A stretch of 63,658 bases of DNA, filler included, from Intoshia linei (GCA_001642005.1; 5 parts of 5 records of this genome joined end to end with filler, not necessarily neighbours in it), one strand, 5' to 3'. Counted from the whole stretch's first letter, positions 33,901 to 47,933 are shown. Notes: generated by a model not told the origin, from the sequence alone. Made by a program: numbers and translations.

Positions 33901-36421
33901 GATATTTTATACTTAAAATTACCCAATTTATAAAACATGTCAGCAATGTATTTCGAAATTGTTTTAGTATCCATATTATATACACGAGCAACTGCTGAAA
34001 GAGACTGATAAGATAAAATCATAATTTTTTTCTATAAAATAATATTAATATAAATCATAGGCCGTGTTTTTATTAGTCTTTGTCTCAACGACGACCGATA
34101 TTATTGTAAAAATATCAAGGGTGTAGTTTGCTGAAATTGGTAGACATGATTAAAAATTAGACGGAACATTGTTATCGCCCGTTTCAAGAATGTGTAAGTA
34201 AGTTTGGTTTTAATAAATTAATTGATTCATCCCTTTTACTAACACTAAAAATGTCCTGTAAACCAAGACTCATCAGTTATCTCCACACAAATCTTTGAAT
34301 CCATGAAAATTTTTAGATTATTAGGGTCATAAGTAGATTAGACTAAAAAGAGTGCTTTTAAAATGATAAAACGAATAGAAAAATAATAAAATGTATCATA
34401 TTCATTTTAATGATAAAATATATAGCTAAGTGCATTAGGTTCATGATATAATCGTGCTAAAGCTGTGTTTTATGTATTTTAATTGTAGTTAAAAAAATCC
34501 ATAGCTATATTGTACAATATACGGAATTGTATTTGAAGTTGTTAGATGGAGTTTTCCGAAGTTTTGGCAAAAAATCACGAAAAGAGAAATCGTTAATAAA
34601 TATCTCTATTTCGTTCATAGTCTTCCACAAATATTGATAATTTCATTTTCCATAGTAGAGATTTTATTTGAAGATTCTCGTAATTTGAAAAATTATTTTT
34701 ATTTCGTACTATATTGATGGTTGAAATATACAGTGTTATACATTCAAGACTTACCACTTATTTGTTTTCAAAGTTTAATATGATTTCAAAAATGGTAATG
34801 AATATAGTTTGTCAATATATGTTGCATAAAATGTGTATAACTGTAAAATATACACATTCCACGGGCAGATCGTAGAATGTATTTGACTAAGAATGTGTCT
34901 TAGACGCTAATTCAGAGTTAGATACATAATTGATGCTTTGCTAATAACGAATTTACCAATTCAGTTACATTAACAAGCTCATGTTTATTTTAATTTGTAT
35001 TTGTAAAACTTTCATTTAATTAATATCAAACCATTTAATTACGATTTTTTTTGAACCAAACTTTCAAGAGGGGTTTTTAAGATTTTTAGAAAACAAAATA
35101 ATTGATTAGTTATCAATGATTTCTGTGTCAAATATCGTGTTTCCAGTTATAAATTTTATATTTAATAAATTGAATTAATTATTTCATTACTAAGGATTAT
35201 TATTAATCTTAATAATATATCCTGCCTTGTTACGTTAATCTGTACTGTATACTGTACGACTTATCCATGAGATGTGTACATTTTTTAAATTATAGGGTTG
35301 TTTTCATAAAAAAAATGTAATTTGGGGTTTTAATCTGAAGATATAATTTTTTTAAATTTAAATTTATGATTTTAAAATCCACATCAGCTCATATATTGTT
35401 TTAAATTCTCCAACTCGTTTGATTCTCAAAAAAAAGGATAATTGGGATTTTTGATCCGTAAGATGTGAAATTGGGAGGTTGAAATTCATCTTACTTTCAC
35501 CCAAAAAAAACTGTAATAGAAATGTGGACTTTATAAAATTCTATACTCTGTATACACTATGACTGGTAGTTATTGAAATAAACGATAATACACACAGACA
35601 AACAAAGCATATTATAAAGTAAGGATTTAAAATAAAAGGAATAGAGAAGATTTAGTACATTTTGAAGGGGTAGCTTTTTGGATTAGAAAATTGATTCTCA
35701 TAAGATTTAGTAAAATCGGATGTTTCAAAATAATATTAGAAACTGAGGATATTTACCTTAAGTGTTGGTATATTGGAGTTCTATTTTAAGTTGGAATAAG
35801 AGGTTTTTCTCATAAAATATCGGAAAAGGGTTCCGTTTTTCCCTCAATGGTTAGTAAAATTGGATTTTGTATTTTGATTAAGTTAATTTTTTCAAAAAAA
35901 TATCTGTAAAAGATAATTTTTCCTTGAGGGATTGAAATGGTATTTTTCATTAAATTTTATTAAGTGTGGGATAAGATGGATTTATAAATAATAATATAGC
36001 GGTCGTATAAGCCAGAGTTTCCCAACCTTTTCGAAGTTATGGTCCCTTCTTTACTAAATTAGGCTGTATTATCTAAATTCTCAGGAATACTGTAGATTAT
36101 GAACATTAAAAAATATTATTCAAACCCTATTCCGACATTTTTGCAAACTATCCACCATACTTTCAAAATCTTGTTGAGAAATTAGAGAAGTTTCGACACT
36201 TGATATGCACCCATTGCAAGACAAGCAATCAGAAAGAGATATTTTAAATTTTTTATCGAGTTTAATCGATTCCTTGCTTTTTTGCAGTTTCTCCGGTTTA
36301 ATACAAATCTAAATTACAAATATTATCCTCGTTTTCTTATTTAAAATGAACAAACATTAGTAGCAGTCGTAAAATCATTAATGTCACTAAGTTTTATAGT
36401 TGAACCGATAGAAAAATCCAT
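30910..36421 (-). CDS. CIAO3: Cytosolic Fe-S assembly component 3 (NARFL/Nar1, iron-only hydrogenase-like)
   Basis: Exons from ATG 36421 give MDFSIGSTIKLSDINDF..ICIKP, ISLSDCLSCNGCISSVET, ILSYQSLSAVAR, SSCPG, VKSPQQI, LMPCHDRKLES, DIDCVVST, AYGYKNIQ, YIELMACDEGCLNGAGQ and a C-terminal IEW*. All eight cluster-ligand Cys are visible. Confidence 0.92.
32280..33284. mobile_element. Degenerate Tc1/mariner-type element with ~150-bp TIRs in a CIAO3 intron
   Basis: 32280-32420 is an imperfect inverted repeat of 33150-33284, flanked by TA. An internal RSCDPQPM relic resembles RSCDLTPLD. A solo TIR copy lies at ~4075-4345. Confidence 0.55.
35290..35625 (-). mobile_element. Helitron 5' portion
   Basis: Reverse strand A|TCCTTACTTTATAATATGCTTTGTTTGTCTGTGTGT. 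Equivalent 5' ends at 26510 and 62405, and a degenerate one near 39800. Confidence 0.7.
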
Positions 36422-36501
36422 ATAGAATTTCGTAGTACCTTTTGCAAAATTACATGTAAACTTTATTGGTTCATGTAGTTACAATGTACAATAATTTTGA
36501 G

Positions 36502-39500
36502 TTAATCTGCATTATCTATGACAGCTTTAGTAAAAGCCAGGTCCCAATAGTGCTCAGCCTTGTTTCTCCTGAAAATTTCCCGTGCAAACTTTTCATTTGG
36601 GCATAGTTTTACTTTGAAATCTTCAAATGACGACTCTTTGACATGACCTTCCCATAAAATATTGCATTTGTTATCTTTCAATTTGGCAACTAATAATTAT
36701 TAAACATAATCGTTAATTAATTAAATTATTTTACATTTTTCAGTCATCTTTGGTAAATTATCATTCCATTTGATTCGGTGCATCATTAATCGTTTATACT
36801 TTTTTTGTTGCTTTTTACCTAATAAAAAAATTATAAGCTACAAATTAAATAAACCTCCTTCAACAACAACCAGACAAAAATCATGATATAAAGCCAATAT
36901 CCCAGTCAACATGAGTTCCTTAGCATTTGCTTCAACTTTAAACTTATGAGACGGATTAGCTAGCGATCTGACCCTAAATAAAAATATACAAAGAAAAACA
37001 CACGGTACAAATAAACTGTAGTTAAAAATCCACAATTGGTGTCTTGTCTCACTTTTGAAGCAATTTTTTCAATCTTTTGGTCATGTGATAATTTTCGAGA
37101 TTCATTTGCTTCAATATGTGTTCTAAAAATTTATTAATCTGTAAAATCAAATTTCTTTGTGATACTTTTGTCTCTTTTCCATTTGACTTCTTACATAAGA
37201 TTCAACTTTAGTTGGATCCAAAACTGCCTCACTGCCCAACACTCTCATCAAATTCGAAATACGCACTATTATAAATTTTTACAAAAATATATCATATTTC
37301 AACCTTTTGGTGCTAGTGGGGGCAAAAGACCCAATCGAATTTTTTCCTGGTGTTCCTTTAGATTTATAGATCTTTCCTGTCTTCGTAATTTTTTACATTC
37401 TTTTTTGGTTAATTTTAATTTAATGTTAATAGGTTTGGTAGGGTAGTCACTAGGTTTCACTTCCACAGGATGTTCAATCAAATTGGTTATTCCACACAAT
37501 TTGTCAACAATAAAATTTTCATAATTTTGGTCGTTCAATATTAAAGAATCCCACCATTCTACGTCCGTTTCCACCATTTCAATGCTCTTTGCACTAGGTT
37601 GGATAGCTGCCAATTTAGCCGCTTTCAGAATACCAGTTTCTTTTGCTACTGCCGTTATGTTGGATTGTAATGCTTCCAATTTGGCTTGTGAACGTAATCT
37701 ATTGGCTATTCTTTCATATTTTCCCGGTGTGTTTAGTTTTAATGGTCTCTGATCTCGACCTGATGATTTAACACTAAGGGTTATTATAGTATTAACGGTT
37801 ATTTTCAAAATTACTTTATATTTGGATCGTGGTGAAAATCCTTTTTTTGCAATTTTGTTCTAGATATTTGTTTAATTTTTAATGACGGTATTGGAGCGGG
37901 TTCATCTTTAACAATGTGTTTGGAAACTACAGTTAATTTTTTAGTAATTCTACTTTTACCAACTCTCAGATTTGCCTAAAATGAATAATTACTTATAATT
38001 AGTATTTCTTTGAGAAACAAGTAATCTCGTTATATAAAAATAGTCATAATTATTTACAAAATTAAGTACATATTAAACGATCATATAATCTCACCCAAAT
38101 ATAACAACGCATTACCTTCAAGGTTGGCATATTTTGTTCCAGAACGACAGCTCTACCAGTTTGCATACTTATGGTGCGTCCAGTTTTGTCTAATATTAAC
38201 GGTGCCTGTCTAAATTGAAAAATATACATATTATTAAAATGATGAAAGTTATTAATTATTATTATATTACTCTAATAAAAGTAAAATAAAGTAAAATTTT
38301 GCAAAAAATGGGCAAATATTAGTGAAATTTCAATAAAAAATACAAAATTTTCAGAAGAATCGATATTTAAAGTGTTGACAGTAAGAGTTATTGTAATTAA
38401 CAAACAAAAATTAAATTAAAAAATTTACACAATTCCTGATGCATACATTCCGGAGGCTATTCTAGCATTCAATACGGATAATGAATCATTTTCGTCATCT
38501 TCGTCAACACTCACTTTAATTGTATCCAAGTTCTATTTGATTTAATATGCGAATATAAAATTTTGTAAAATTACCATTTGAATCTTCTTCATTTCAAGCT
38601 TTTTCCTAGCTTCTTCAAGTAATATTTTAACATTTTCATTTGAAAATTGTTTTGGTGCAGGAGATTTGCTCCTAGGTCGCTTCTAAAAAATAAACATGAT
38701 GTAATTAGCAAACTAGACTAAATTCATTATACACTACAGTAGTATTGTAGTATGTAGTTAAAATTCAAGGTTTTTTGTTTTTATTTAGAATCTAAACAGT
38801 GTTTCCCAACTGTGGCCCCGGCCGAATACAATATATCAATGCAAAAATCTTGACGCATAAGTAATAATTAAATAATAAAAATGTAATTTGTTGGTATTTA
38901 TTAGGGTTGGCAATTTATCGTTAATTTTTTTTGAAATATCAAAACTAATTTAATCTCTATAATTTATTTAAACATATTTATTTTATTTTTTGAACTAGTA
39001 TTTTAAGAATATCAATTCATCATCAACATGTATATTCTTGATCAACCTATAGTAATTATATTGTCGACAGCAGAAAATAAACTCTTACTCACAAAGGTAG
39101 GTTTAATACTTCTCAGTGCGGGTATATCCTGTTTACATTATCGGTTTTCATTTCTTGTCTTCGAAAATTGACAATTCACCTATTAATGTTTTTAATATTT
39201 TTTTGTATGTTACCTAGCATCCAGAATTTGGATCTGTATCAACTGTAATTTTTAGTAAAATTCTAGGACATTTTTCATTTTTTAAAAACAAGGCAATCTG
39301 GGGTTTTATCAAGAAAATGCACTTTTTTGGGTTTGCGATTTATCATAACGTAGATGATTTTATAAATATGTATCAGATTGTGTATTTTTTATTATTCTAG
39401 GGCTCGTTTTTATTTAAAAAAATATAAAGAGTAGACCTACATTCATTCTTAACGGAGGGTTACAGTAAAAGTAGGTGTGGGTAACATCAAAAAGGTAGAA

Positions 39501-41411
39501 TGACTCACTATTAACCATATCGTTTAATATATTTAATAAATTCTTATGATTTATTCAATGTAATTAAAATGCTATAGAGCACTTTTGTCACTTTTATTCA
39601 TAACTATTTTTTTCTTGGTGATTTTAAAAAAAAAATGACAATTTGGCTTTTTGACCCGTAAGATGTTAGTTTCGAAGGTTGAAATTTATCTTACTAACAC
39701 CCTCAGACAAAAATGTTATAAAAATGTGAATTTTATAAAATTCTAAGACCGGTAGTTATTGAAATAAACGATAACACGCACACACAGACAAACAAAGCAT
39801 ACTATAATATGCTTTATTATTTTTTCCGTCCGTCACACATTAACACCGTCTGGTATAGTACACCAAAAATAATGATACATTATAATAGTTGATGGTTTCC
39901 TTATAATAAAATAATTCTGTATAAAATTTTAATTTACCCTATCAATCTCTTGTATCGGTCCTTTCATTCTTTTCGAAACTTTCTATAATATACATTAATA
40001 CATTATATATACAACTCCCAATTCATTTAATCATAGATATTTCACCAGGGGTTCAAAAAATTGAATCACTTTTGAAACCCTTAAGACAATGACGAGAGCT
40101 TAACGATTATTGTCCCAAATTAAATTGATATTGTAACATAATTTATATTTTAATATACCGATTTAACCAATTTGTGTATTTTCATTGATAAATATTTAGA
40201 GTCACTCTTGTTTATATATGAAAAACATCGATCTAAACATATTTTACTATTCTTTACAATAAATTAATTTCTAAAGTAAAATCAACTAAATTACTAATAA
40301 GGTTGATCTGAAAAAATATCAATTTTGACAAGTGGTAACTGGCATAATTTATAATTAATAACACAAATTAATGACTTTAATTGAAATTCCAGTAATAAAA
40401 AATTATTTCATAAACATGAACAGTCGATTCACTATAGTGGAGAGATAAAAGTGGAACAGTCAAATGAAATGGTGGATCCTATATACTATTTAAAAAAATT
40501 TGGGTTACTTTATACATTATTTAATCCAGTGTCCCGGAATACACTGAGTTTACTTTGAGTTACCATACTAGAGTAAAAAAATTTCATTTACAATACCAAA
40601 ATTTTTTCCAACATCACCTATTATTTAAAATGATAGGTTACATAACGGTCGGTATTCCATTCATATGCCTATCCCTCTCTTACGCCTTTCATCTATTTAA
40701 TATTGATTGTTACATCTCGAAAATGGGGATAAACAATAATGTTAGAAATTGATTATATTACATACAAGTAGTGATTGTGATTTCCTGGGAAATGACAAAA
40801 GTCGAGAACCGGGAAATTAAATTTTTAATTTCCCGGAAAAAATAAAAAATTTTTATTCATATATAATATAGAAGCATTAAAAATTTTAGAGACCTTAATT
40901 AATTTTAGAAACAAATAGAAATTTAATTAATTAAATAACACGAATTTAGATTGAAATTTACAAATTTAATTAGAAAAAAATTTTTTTATTTTAGATTGTT
41001 GAATTCCATCCTATAATTAATGCAAAATAATATATTTTTAAGTCTGTTCGTTTTGTCAATGTAATTCATCCAATTGATCATTAAATTAGATCAAGATTTA
41101 AATTAATCATTTATAAAGACTACATTTATGAAGTGGTCACTTTTGAAAAAAACATTATATAAAAAAAAATGTCATTTGAATTTTAGAATTTGAAGTTGAT
41201 ACAGCTATATATTAAAATGTGAGCTATTTTAAATAAAATCAATGTTAAATATTTCATTTAATCATGAAACAGATAAAAAATTACTTTCCATTTTTTCAAG
41301 CGAATATCCTTTCTCTACCCATCTTAAAGCATGAAGTAGTAGTTTTGATTCATTTTCGCATTTAATGTGAGATATGTATTTCCTAATACTATCAGTATAT
41401 TCTTGATACAT
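36502..41411 (-). CDS. PRPF3: U4/U6 snRNP protein Prp3
   Basis: About 13 exons give a PWI-like N-terminus ([15 protein letters not shown]), [102 protein letters not shown] and WEG...AEHYWDLA. The 5' exons are less certain. Confidence 0.93.
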
Positions 41412-41518
41412 TTTTTCTTATTGCTTGATAAAATGTAATTTCAAATTTTAATTGTAAATGTAAAATATAAAACTAAAGTATCGTTCATATCAATATTTAT
41501 TAGTAACCATCTTTATAA

Positions 41519-44316
41519 ATGTCTGAGCGTTGGGTATCTCTTGGAAAGAAACATTGTCGATACTGCAAATGCTACATTACCAATAATAAATCAGTATGTT
41601 TGAATTTTAAGTGAAAATCTTTTATTCATCAGTTTTGTATTGTATTGACAATTTTTAATTAAAATTGATTTTATCATTTTAGTCTATTAACTTTCATGAA
41701 AGCGGAAAAAATCATAAAAAAAATGTTGAAAATTATTTGAGTTCGGTAATTAATTTATTTTTTATATTTTTTTTTATTTTATAACAATTTCGTGTAGGTA
41801 GCTCGAAATGGTAGATTAAATATGGCTGCTAAAGCGGAAAAAGATAAATGCTTGTCAAGTATTGAACAAGTAAGTTGTATAACCTTGTCTAGAATTATAT
41901 TTTAAATTATGTTTAACATTGTTTTCAACTTTCCACGAATCGATATTTTTATTTACTCAATTTATTTATTTGAGTTACGATATGTCAAAACGGATATGAA
42001 ATTTATCCATATACTTCGTGGATCGTGGAAAAATATGCGGACAAATATCATTGATAACGTACTAAAACATATGTTATTTTAAACGGTTGTAATTTATCTT
42101 GTGATCACTGGTTCACCATCACGAGCTTAGGGAATAATATTACTTTGGGATAAAGTTTTAGGTTAAAATCGTAACTGAATGTATGTGTTTATTATTAAAT
42201 TTAATTTAGGCCGCCAGAACAGCCATGAAACGAGATGTTGAAGCTAACCCAGGCGCTATGCGAAGATATGATTATAAATTAGTAGATGATAACACCTTTT
42301 TATCAAAAAAAAAACCAAAAATATGTACAATATTTGCTCCACAGCTCGTCAACTCTATAACTCGCCATTAATTTAAAATATTAAAAGGTTTTATCTAATT
42401 TTTCTATAGTTTTAAATTCTCTATCTCGTCAACTTTCTCTAAATCCCAAGAATGGCGAGTTATAGATACAATACTGTATATTTTATTTATTATTTATAAA
42501 ATTTATTTTGTAATATTATAGTTGATTATGTGAAGCCGTCAGGAGTTCCATCATATGAAGACGCGGTTATTTTTATATTATGATTTTATTATTGATGACT
42601 AGTGTTTTTGGGTTGGGTTTTAGGTCATTAAGTCGTTAAGTGGACGAATCAGCCCCGTAGGGGTGATTTTTCTTAAATTTCATAAAAATATATACAAATG
42701 TAATCTGAAAATTATTACATATTACATTTTTTTAAAGATTTCTTAAAATGGTATTTTTTCCTTAAAGGTTTGCTAAAATTTGATTTTTTTCTTTAAGGAT
42801 TGGTAAAAGTGAATTTGTTCTTAAAAGTGGATTTTTTCCTTGAGAATTGGTTAAAGTGACTCCGTGATATTCAAATAAAATGTAGAAAAATTTTTATCTA
42901 CTTTTTACCAGGATAAAAAAATATTATATTTCTTTTGTTTTATAAGTCTTTTTTCTTTTATCTCTCATTAAAACCATTATAAAATAATCCCTTTTTCCAA
43001 TATTTTTTTGACAAATTCACTTAATCAAACCACAAAATAAAAAATCCAATTTTATCAAAAAATGTTGACAAAAATCCTTTAATTTTTTTATCAATGTTTT
43101 ATATTTTATGTTTCCTTTGAGACCAAAAAAAATAAATATTTTGAAATGGTGGTCCGTAGTGCTTGCTCGAGAAATTTAAATATTCTTAAATTTAAAATTA
43201 TATTTGAAAATTTTCTAAAATTTTGTTTGTTATATGAATGCAAAACTAAAATATTCAAAGAATAATTATTTTTAATTGTCGCTAATAAATTTAAGCATGT
43301 AAAAACAAAATAATTTTAGTTATTACAATGAAAAAACAACATTAAATTTTACGGTAATTCAATTGAGTTGTATGATTTAATTTATTAATTTGGTATTAGA
43401 TTTATTCTTTATATAATATGATTACCGCTATGTTCTACGAAAATTTATAAGACTATTTTAAGTGAGAAAACGAAAAGGCCAAATGCTTTATTTGGGGTAC
43501 AATGATGAATTATTTTCTTATATAAGTTTTTTCTATATTATTTTAGATAACACCTGGCAAGACTTTTGACGAATTGAATAAATCAATCCAAGAAAATATA
43601 GAAAAATTAAAAACCCGAGCAATTTTGTAAGTAATTATCACAACTAAAACTACGGTAGTCGAGTTTCTCTTTATGGTGGCGCGACGAAATTTGAAATTTG
43701 GTGTAAAATGAGAAGTCGTTTTTCCAAATTATCGTTTAAATAAATATGTTTTTGAATATCATAACTATTTTGGGTGTTCAATTTAAAATGTCAAGTTAAG
43801 ACTCTTGGAATTTGGAGACTGATTAGGGTTATATGAAACTACTCATCGTTTGTGAATTTTTAGAATTTCAGTGGTTTATTTTTTATTTACGGACGACCTC
43901 TAGCTTTGTAGGTCGGCTCTGGTCATTACATTTCCATAAATATGGCATACATTATATAATTCCACATAAAATATTTTAGAGACCAGATGACCGCTGAAAG
44001 CGAATCACAACACGTAGGCTTATGGAAAAGGGTAGTCAAACCTTTCAAAGAATTGGAACCAAAAATGTTTATATTATAATTATTCAATAATTTATCTTGA
44101 TTAATTTTCTAATTCCATTCTAGTGAGAAACCAATAAAATTGGATTTACCTGAACAGTGGAAGCCAATTGAAAAAGTAATTGAATATCAAAGCGATTTTC
44201 ACAAAGAAGATATTTTACTGAAACCAAAAAAAATTGATAAAATTATTTCAACCGGCCAAGTTAACTTTAAAAAACGTAAAATTAAACTAAAAATTGAAAC
44301 CAACTTTGATACTTAG
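41519..44316 (+). CDS. WBP4: WBP4/FBP21-like spliceosomal matrin/U1C-type zinc-finger protein, no WW domains seen
   Basis: Eight exons give MSERWVSLGKKHCRYCKCYITNNKSSINFHESGKNHKKNV...SIEQAARTAMKRDV...HVGLWKRV...KLDLP...VNFKKRK, matching the WBP4 N-terminal zinc finger and helix and the C-terminal GxW, LxLP and FKKR motifs. Confidence 0.85.
42337..42478. mobile_element. Small Tc1/pogo-type MITE
   Basis: Inverted repeat TCTATAACTCGCCATT / AATGGCGAGTTATAGA. Right end ...ACTG|TA. Confidence 0.55.
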
Positions 44317-44399
44317 TTTTAAAGATTTTCATAAACATGTTTCTGTATTTATCAATATTGTTTATTAAATTGTAAATTTTGTAAAATTTAAGTATACAC

Positions 44400-46877
44400 T
44401 TATGTAGTCGTCGTTTCTTTAGATTGCTTAATCGGTTTTTCTTCGTTGCATATTAATGCGTCAGTGTTTCTTAGAGGTATAGATTCCTGGTCATATTCTT
44501 TTTTTGTTATGTTTATTTTATGTCGTACCAGGAATATCATTATTAATGATAACAACTAAATTGTGGTATAGAAAATACATTATAGATTTCTTTCAATGTT
44601 AAAATTACCTGAATAAAAAGTATAAATGCATAAATACTCCAAATCCAAATGTATTGTTTTTCCCACCATATTTTTAGTATATTGAAACATCCCTATATTT
44701 GTATAATTTATAATTATGTAATATACATCAGTGATTTTTAAAATCGGTCTATAGAATTTGCAAGAACTCTTATGAATTTTACTGACAAAACTACATAATA
44801 AGTAGTATATTTGATGCATTAATTTTTAGTTCCAGCCAACATTTTATAATTGGATACAACCATGCGGAAAACCCTGGTGTATTATGATTCATTTAGAAGC
44901 TTTTAGCTGTGAAAATTTTCGTATTAATTGTTAATATGGTGGATAACGTGTTTTAAGTTTAAAAAAATCACTAATGTTATCGTATTTGTGTAATTTTATA
45001 AGATATAAAACAAGTCTGTATTGCATTACATTTCTGTAGAGATGATAATTTCCATTCACTTTGTCTAATATATTTAATGTGTCCATTTCGTATTGACATG
45101 CCATTCCTGCTTCAGGTATGGGATAGAAGGGGTTATCGTTACTGAGTTTGCAACATGTAAATGGAATTAATATCTAAAATTAACTGTTAATATTTATAAT
45201 CTAATATAACTTAAAAATGTGTGTAAAATAGTCATATACAGTAATGTCTCGCTATAAGTTAAAATAAATAATATATTACATCCGGTGCTACCATATCCAA
45301 TCGAAATTGACTATTTCTGTAATCTATTGGTCCGTCCACCCCACAACATTGAAACTAAATTTAAAATTTAATGAATTATTAAACCGTTAATTGACTAAAA
45401 ATATTATAATTGGTTAACGGTTAACTGTGGGTGTTTGTGTGTAACCATTTATTGAAAAAGTTGACAGTCGCAGGATTTAAAAAAACCCAATTTCTAATAC
45501 AGTTTTCTTAGTACGTGTTTTTATCTTTTCGTTTTTTAGTTTCAGAATTAGAGTTCTTCAAGGTAAAAAAGCCACTTTTCCCTTTTGTTTAAAAAACAAA
45601 GCAGCCTAAAAATTTAATAAAATATACATTCTGGGACGGGTTTTTAAATCATTAACATTAATATCAGCCTCAAAAACGCATACCTTCATGGTCAAAACCA
45701 CAAATTACCGTTTGTTTTAAAAATGAAAACAGCCCTAAAATTTAAAAAAAATACAGATGGTGAAGTTGTATCATGTTAAGACACACATAAAAATTTTAAT
45801 CTGAGTAAGTGACGCCTTCACGGTCAAAAAATTAGGATTGTACTATTTTTTCTTTACTTTTAATATTATACACACCTACTGTCTAATAAGTTAAAAAAAT
45901 GGGATAAAATTTTTTTTAAAATTATTTACACAAATGTTAACTAAATAAATTTAACGTGGAATAATTCACTTTAAATTAAAAGATAATGTGACATGACGGG
46001 TCCATGTGTAACAATTTGGAATCACTCCAATAAAGGATTGATAATAGTGAACAGTAGGATTAAATTAGATTTTCAACGTGAATTTATTGTTTTGGTAGAA
46101 AAAAAATGTCCGCCCTCGGCAGAGCTAAGATGCTGTTTGTACGAAGTTTATAACAGTCAAGCTAGTTATAAATATAAATACTTGAAAAGTTTAAATTAAA
46201 AAATGATTCCCAGTTCAATAGCAAAAATTTCTCCAAGCCCTCTAAGAAAGGTTTCTGTACGTTAGGTTCGACTATAGAGGTAATAACTATACAGAATGTC
46301 ATCAAACTAATCATTATATAAATTCACTTAATTAAATTTTTAACATACTCAGATTTGGCCTAAGCAGTAGTAAAATTAGTAAAGTAATTAGATTACACAG
46401 ATAAATGTGTAAAGTCCCTTCAAAGTACTGTGACATATTAGTACTAATTAGTAAATACCTGTAATGCATATGATATATTAATTCAGAGGTTCTCAAGTGC
46501 AGGTCCGCGGCCACAACCGGTTTTTATAGACAATTACAATTTTATAAAAATTTGAAAACTATCAAATATTGCAACAACTACACAAAAATCTAGTGTAGTA
46601 ACCAATATTTTGGTAATGTTTCATAGAAATTAAATTTTAAATGATAGGAAAAAATGTTTTATTATAATAATTATTGAAAAGTGAAATTACTGGATCGTGG
46701 TAAAAAAGTTGGGAACTCCTGAATAAATATATAACTCAATTTTTTTGTATAATAAACTACATTAAATTCAACTAAACTCCACATCGCTGTGATTGGATCG
46801 GTTCGATTAGTTTCCAATTTTCCACGTATCATTGTCCGAATTATTATTATAGTTTTAGTTCGAATCCATTCTATAAT
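44400..46877 (-). CDS. Tetraspanin, 3' half (EC2 loop, TM4, tail)
   Basis: Five phase-0 exons give ...ITAMWSLVEFN-FQCCGVDGPIDY...IPFTCCK...ACQ...HLYRN-GCFNILKIWW..YIWIWSIYAFILFIQ-LLSLIMIFLV...*, with the CCG, PxxCC and GC motifs. TM1-3 exons are probably lost in the gap at 47834-47933. Confidence 0.88.
45425..46165 (+). mobile_element. Helitron copy in a tetraspanin intron
   Basis: Body shared with other copies. Ends GCTGTTTGTACGAAGTTTATAACAGTCAAGCTAG|T. Confidence 0.75.
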
Positions 46878-47933
46878 CTAAAATTTTAAATTATAATTTA
46901 TTGTTAATAAATTGATAAATTATTATTATATTATAATTGATCAGAATAGTGCCAAACCTACCGTACCGAAACTCTTCGGGTTCTAATATTATTTTAAATG
47001 GGGTCGTATTTATTAAAATTATTAAGCATTTAAAAATACTATTTTAGAATATAGAATATCATAACAATTTTGTGTTAAATTTAAAATGTCAAACCAAGAG
47101 CTTTGGAAAGGTGGCTATGGCTATGACACTACGCCACATTTGCTACATAAATTTTTAGAAACTATTTTTCATTTTCGGTTGGCCTCGAGTTTGGTAAGTT
47201 CAGCTGTTGGTAAAAAAGAAATGTATCTATCCAAATTATGTATTATGCATAATTTGTATTGTACATTGTATTAGAGCCCTGCATGGGTTGATATTCTTCA
47301 ATTCCTACCGATTTAACCGTTAAAATTTAAAATGTTTATTTATATATTTGTCTGTTTAGAATATATAAGTAAATGCTTCTGATTAACATGTATATAAAAA
47401 TTTTAAAATTATCATGGATTTTATAAAAATGCAAATATTTTTTTGATACACTTAATCTGTTCCTACTGTAATTGTGCCGGTACAAAATTCCCGGGAAATT
47501 TAATTCTCGGAAATTATTAAATGTCCCGGGGTTTTTACGATTTCCCGGGATTATTCGTAAAAAATTGAAACATACATGTATTTGATTTATGTTTGTTATT
47601 ACTATGAAAATATGATTATATTATAATATTTAAAATTGACCATTTCAAAAATCTCACCACTAATAAAATGTAATCAAAAATAACATTTCAAGCCCTCATG
47701 GAAAAATTGACTTACACCGATATTCTTTTCAAAAATGCGATTTTACAAAATCTTATGAACAAATCCACTTCATACAACCAAAAAATCTAATTTTCCAGCC
47801 CTTAATGGAAAAATATTTTTTTTCCAATACTTTNNNNNNNNNNNNNNNNNNNNNNNNNNNNNNNNNNNNNNNNNNNNTTAATTAATTAANNNNNNNNNNN
47901 NNNNNNNNNNNNNNNNNNNNNNNNNNNNNNNNN

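Noticed and set aside
34245-34335. Sm/Lsm-like peptide LKIFMDSKICVEITDESWFTGHF in a CIAO3 intron
   Set aside because: In-frame stop immediately after, no Sm2 motif and no supporting splice structure.
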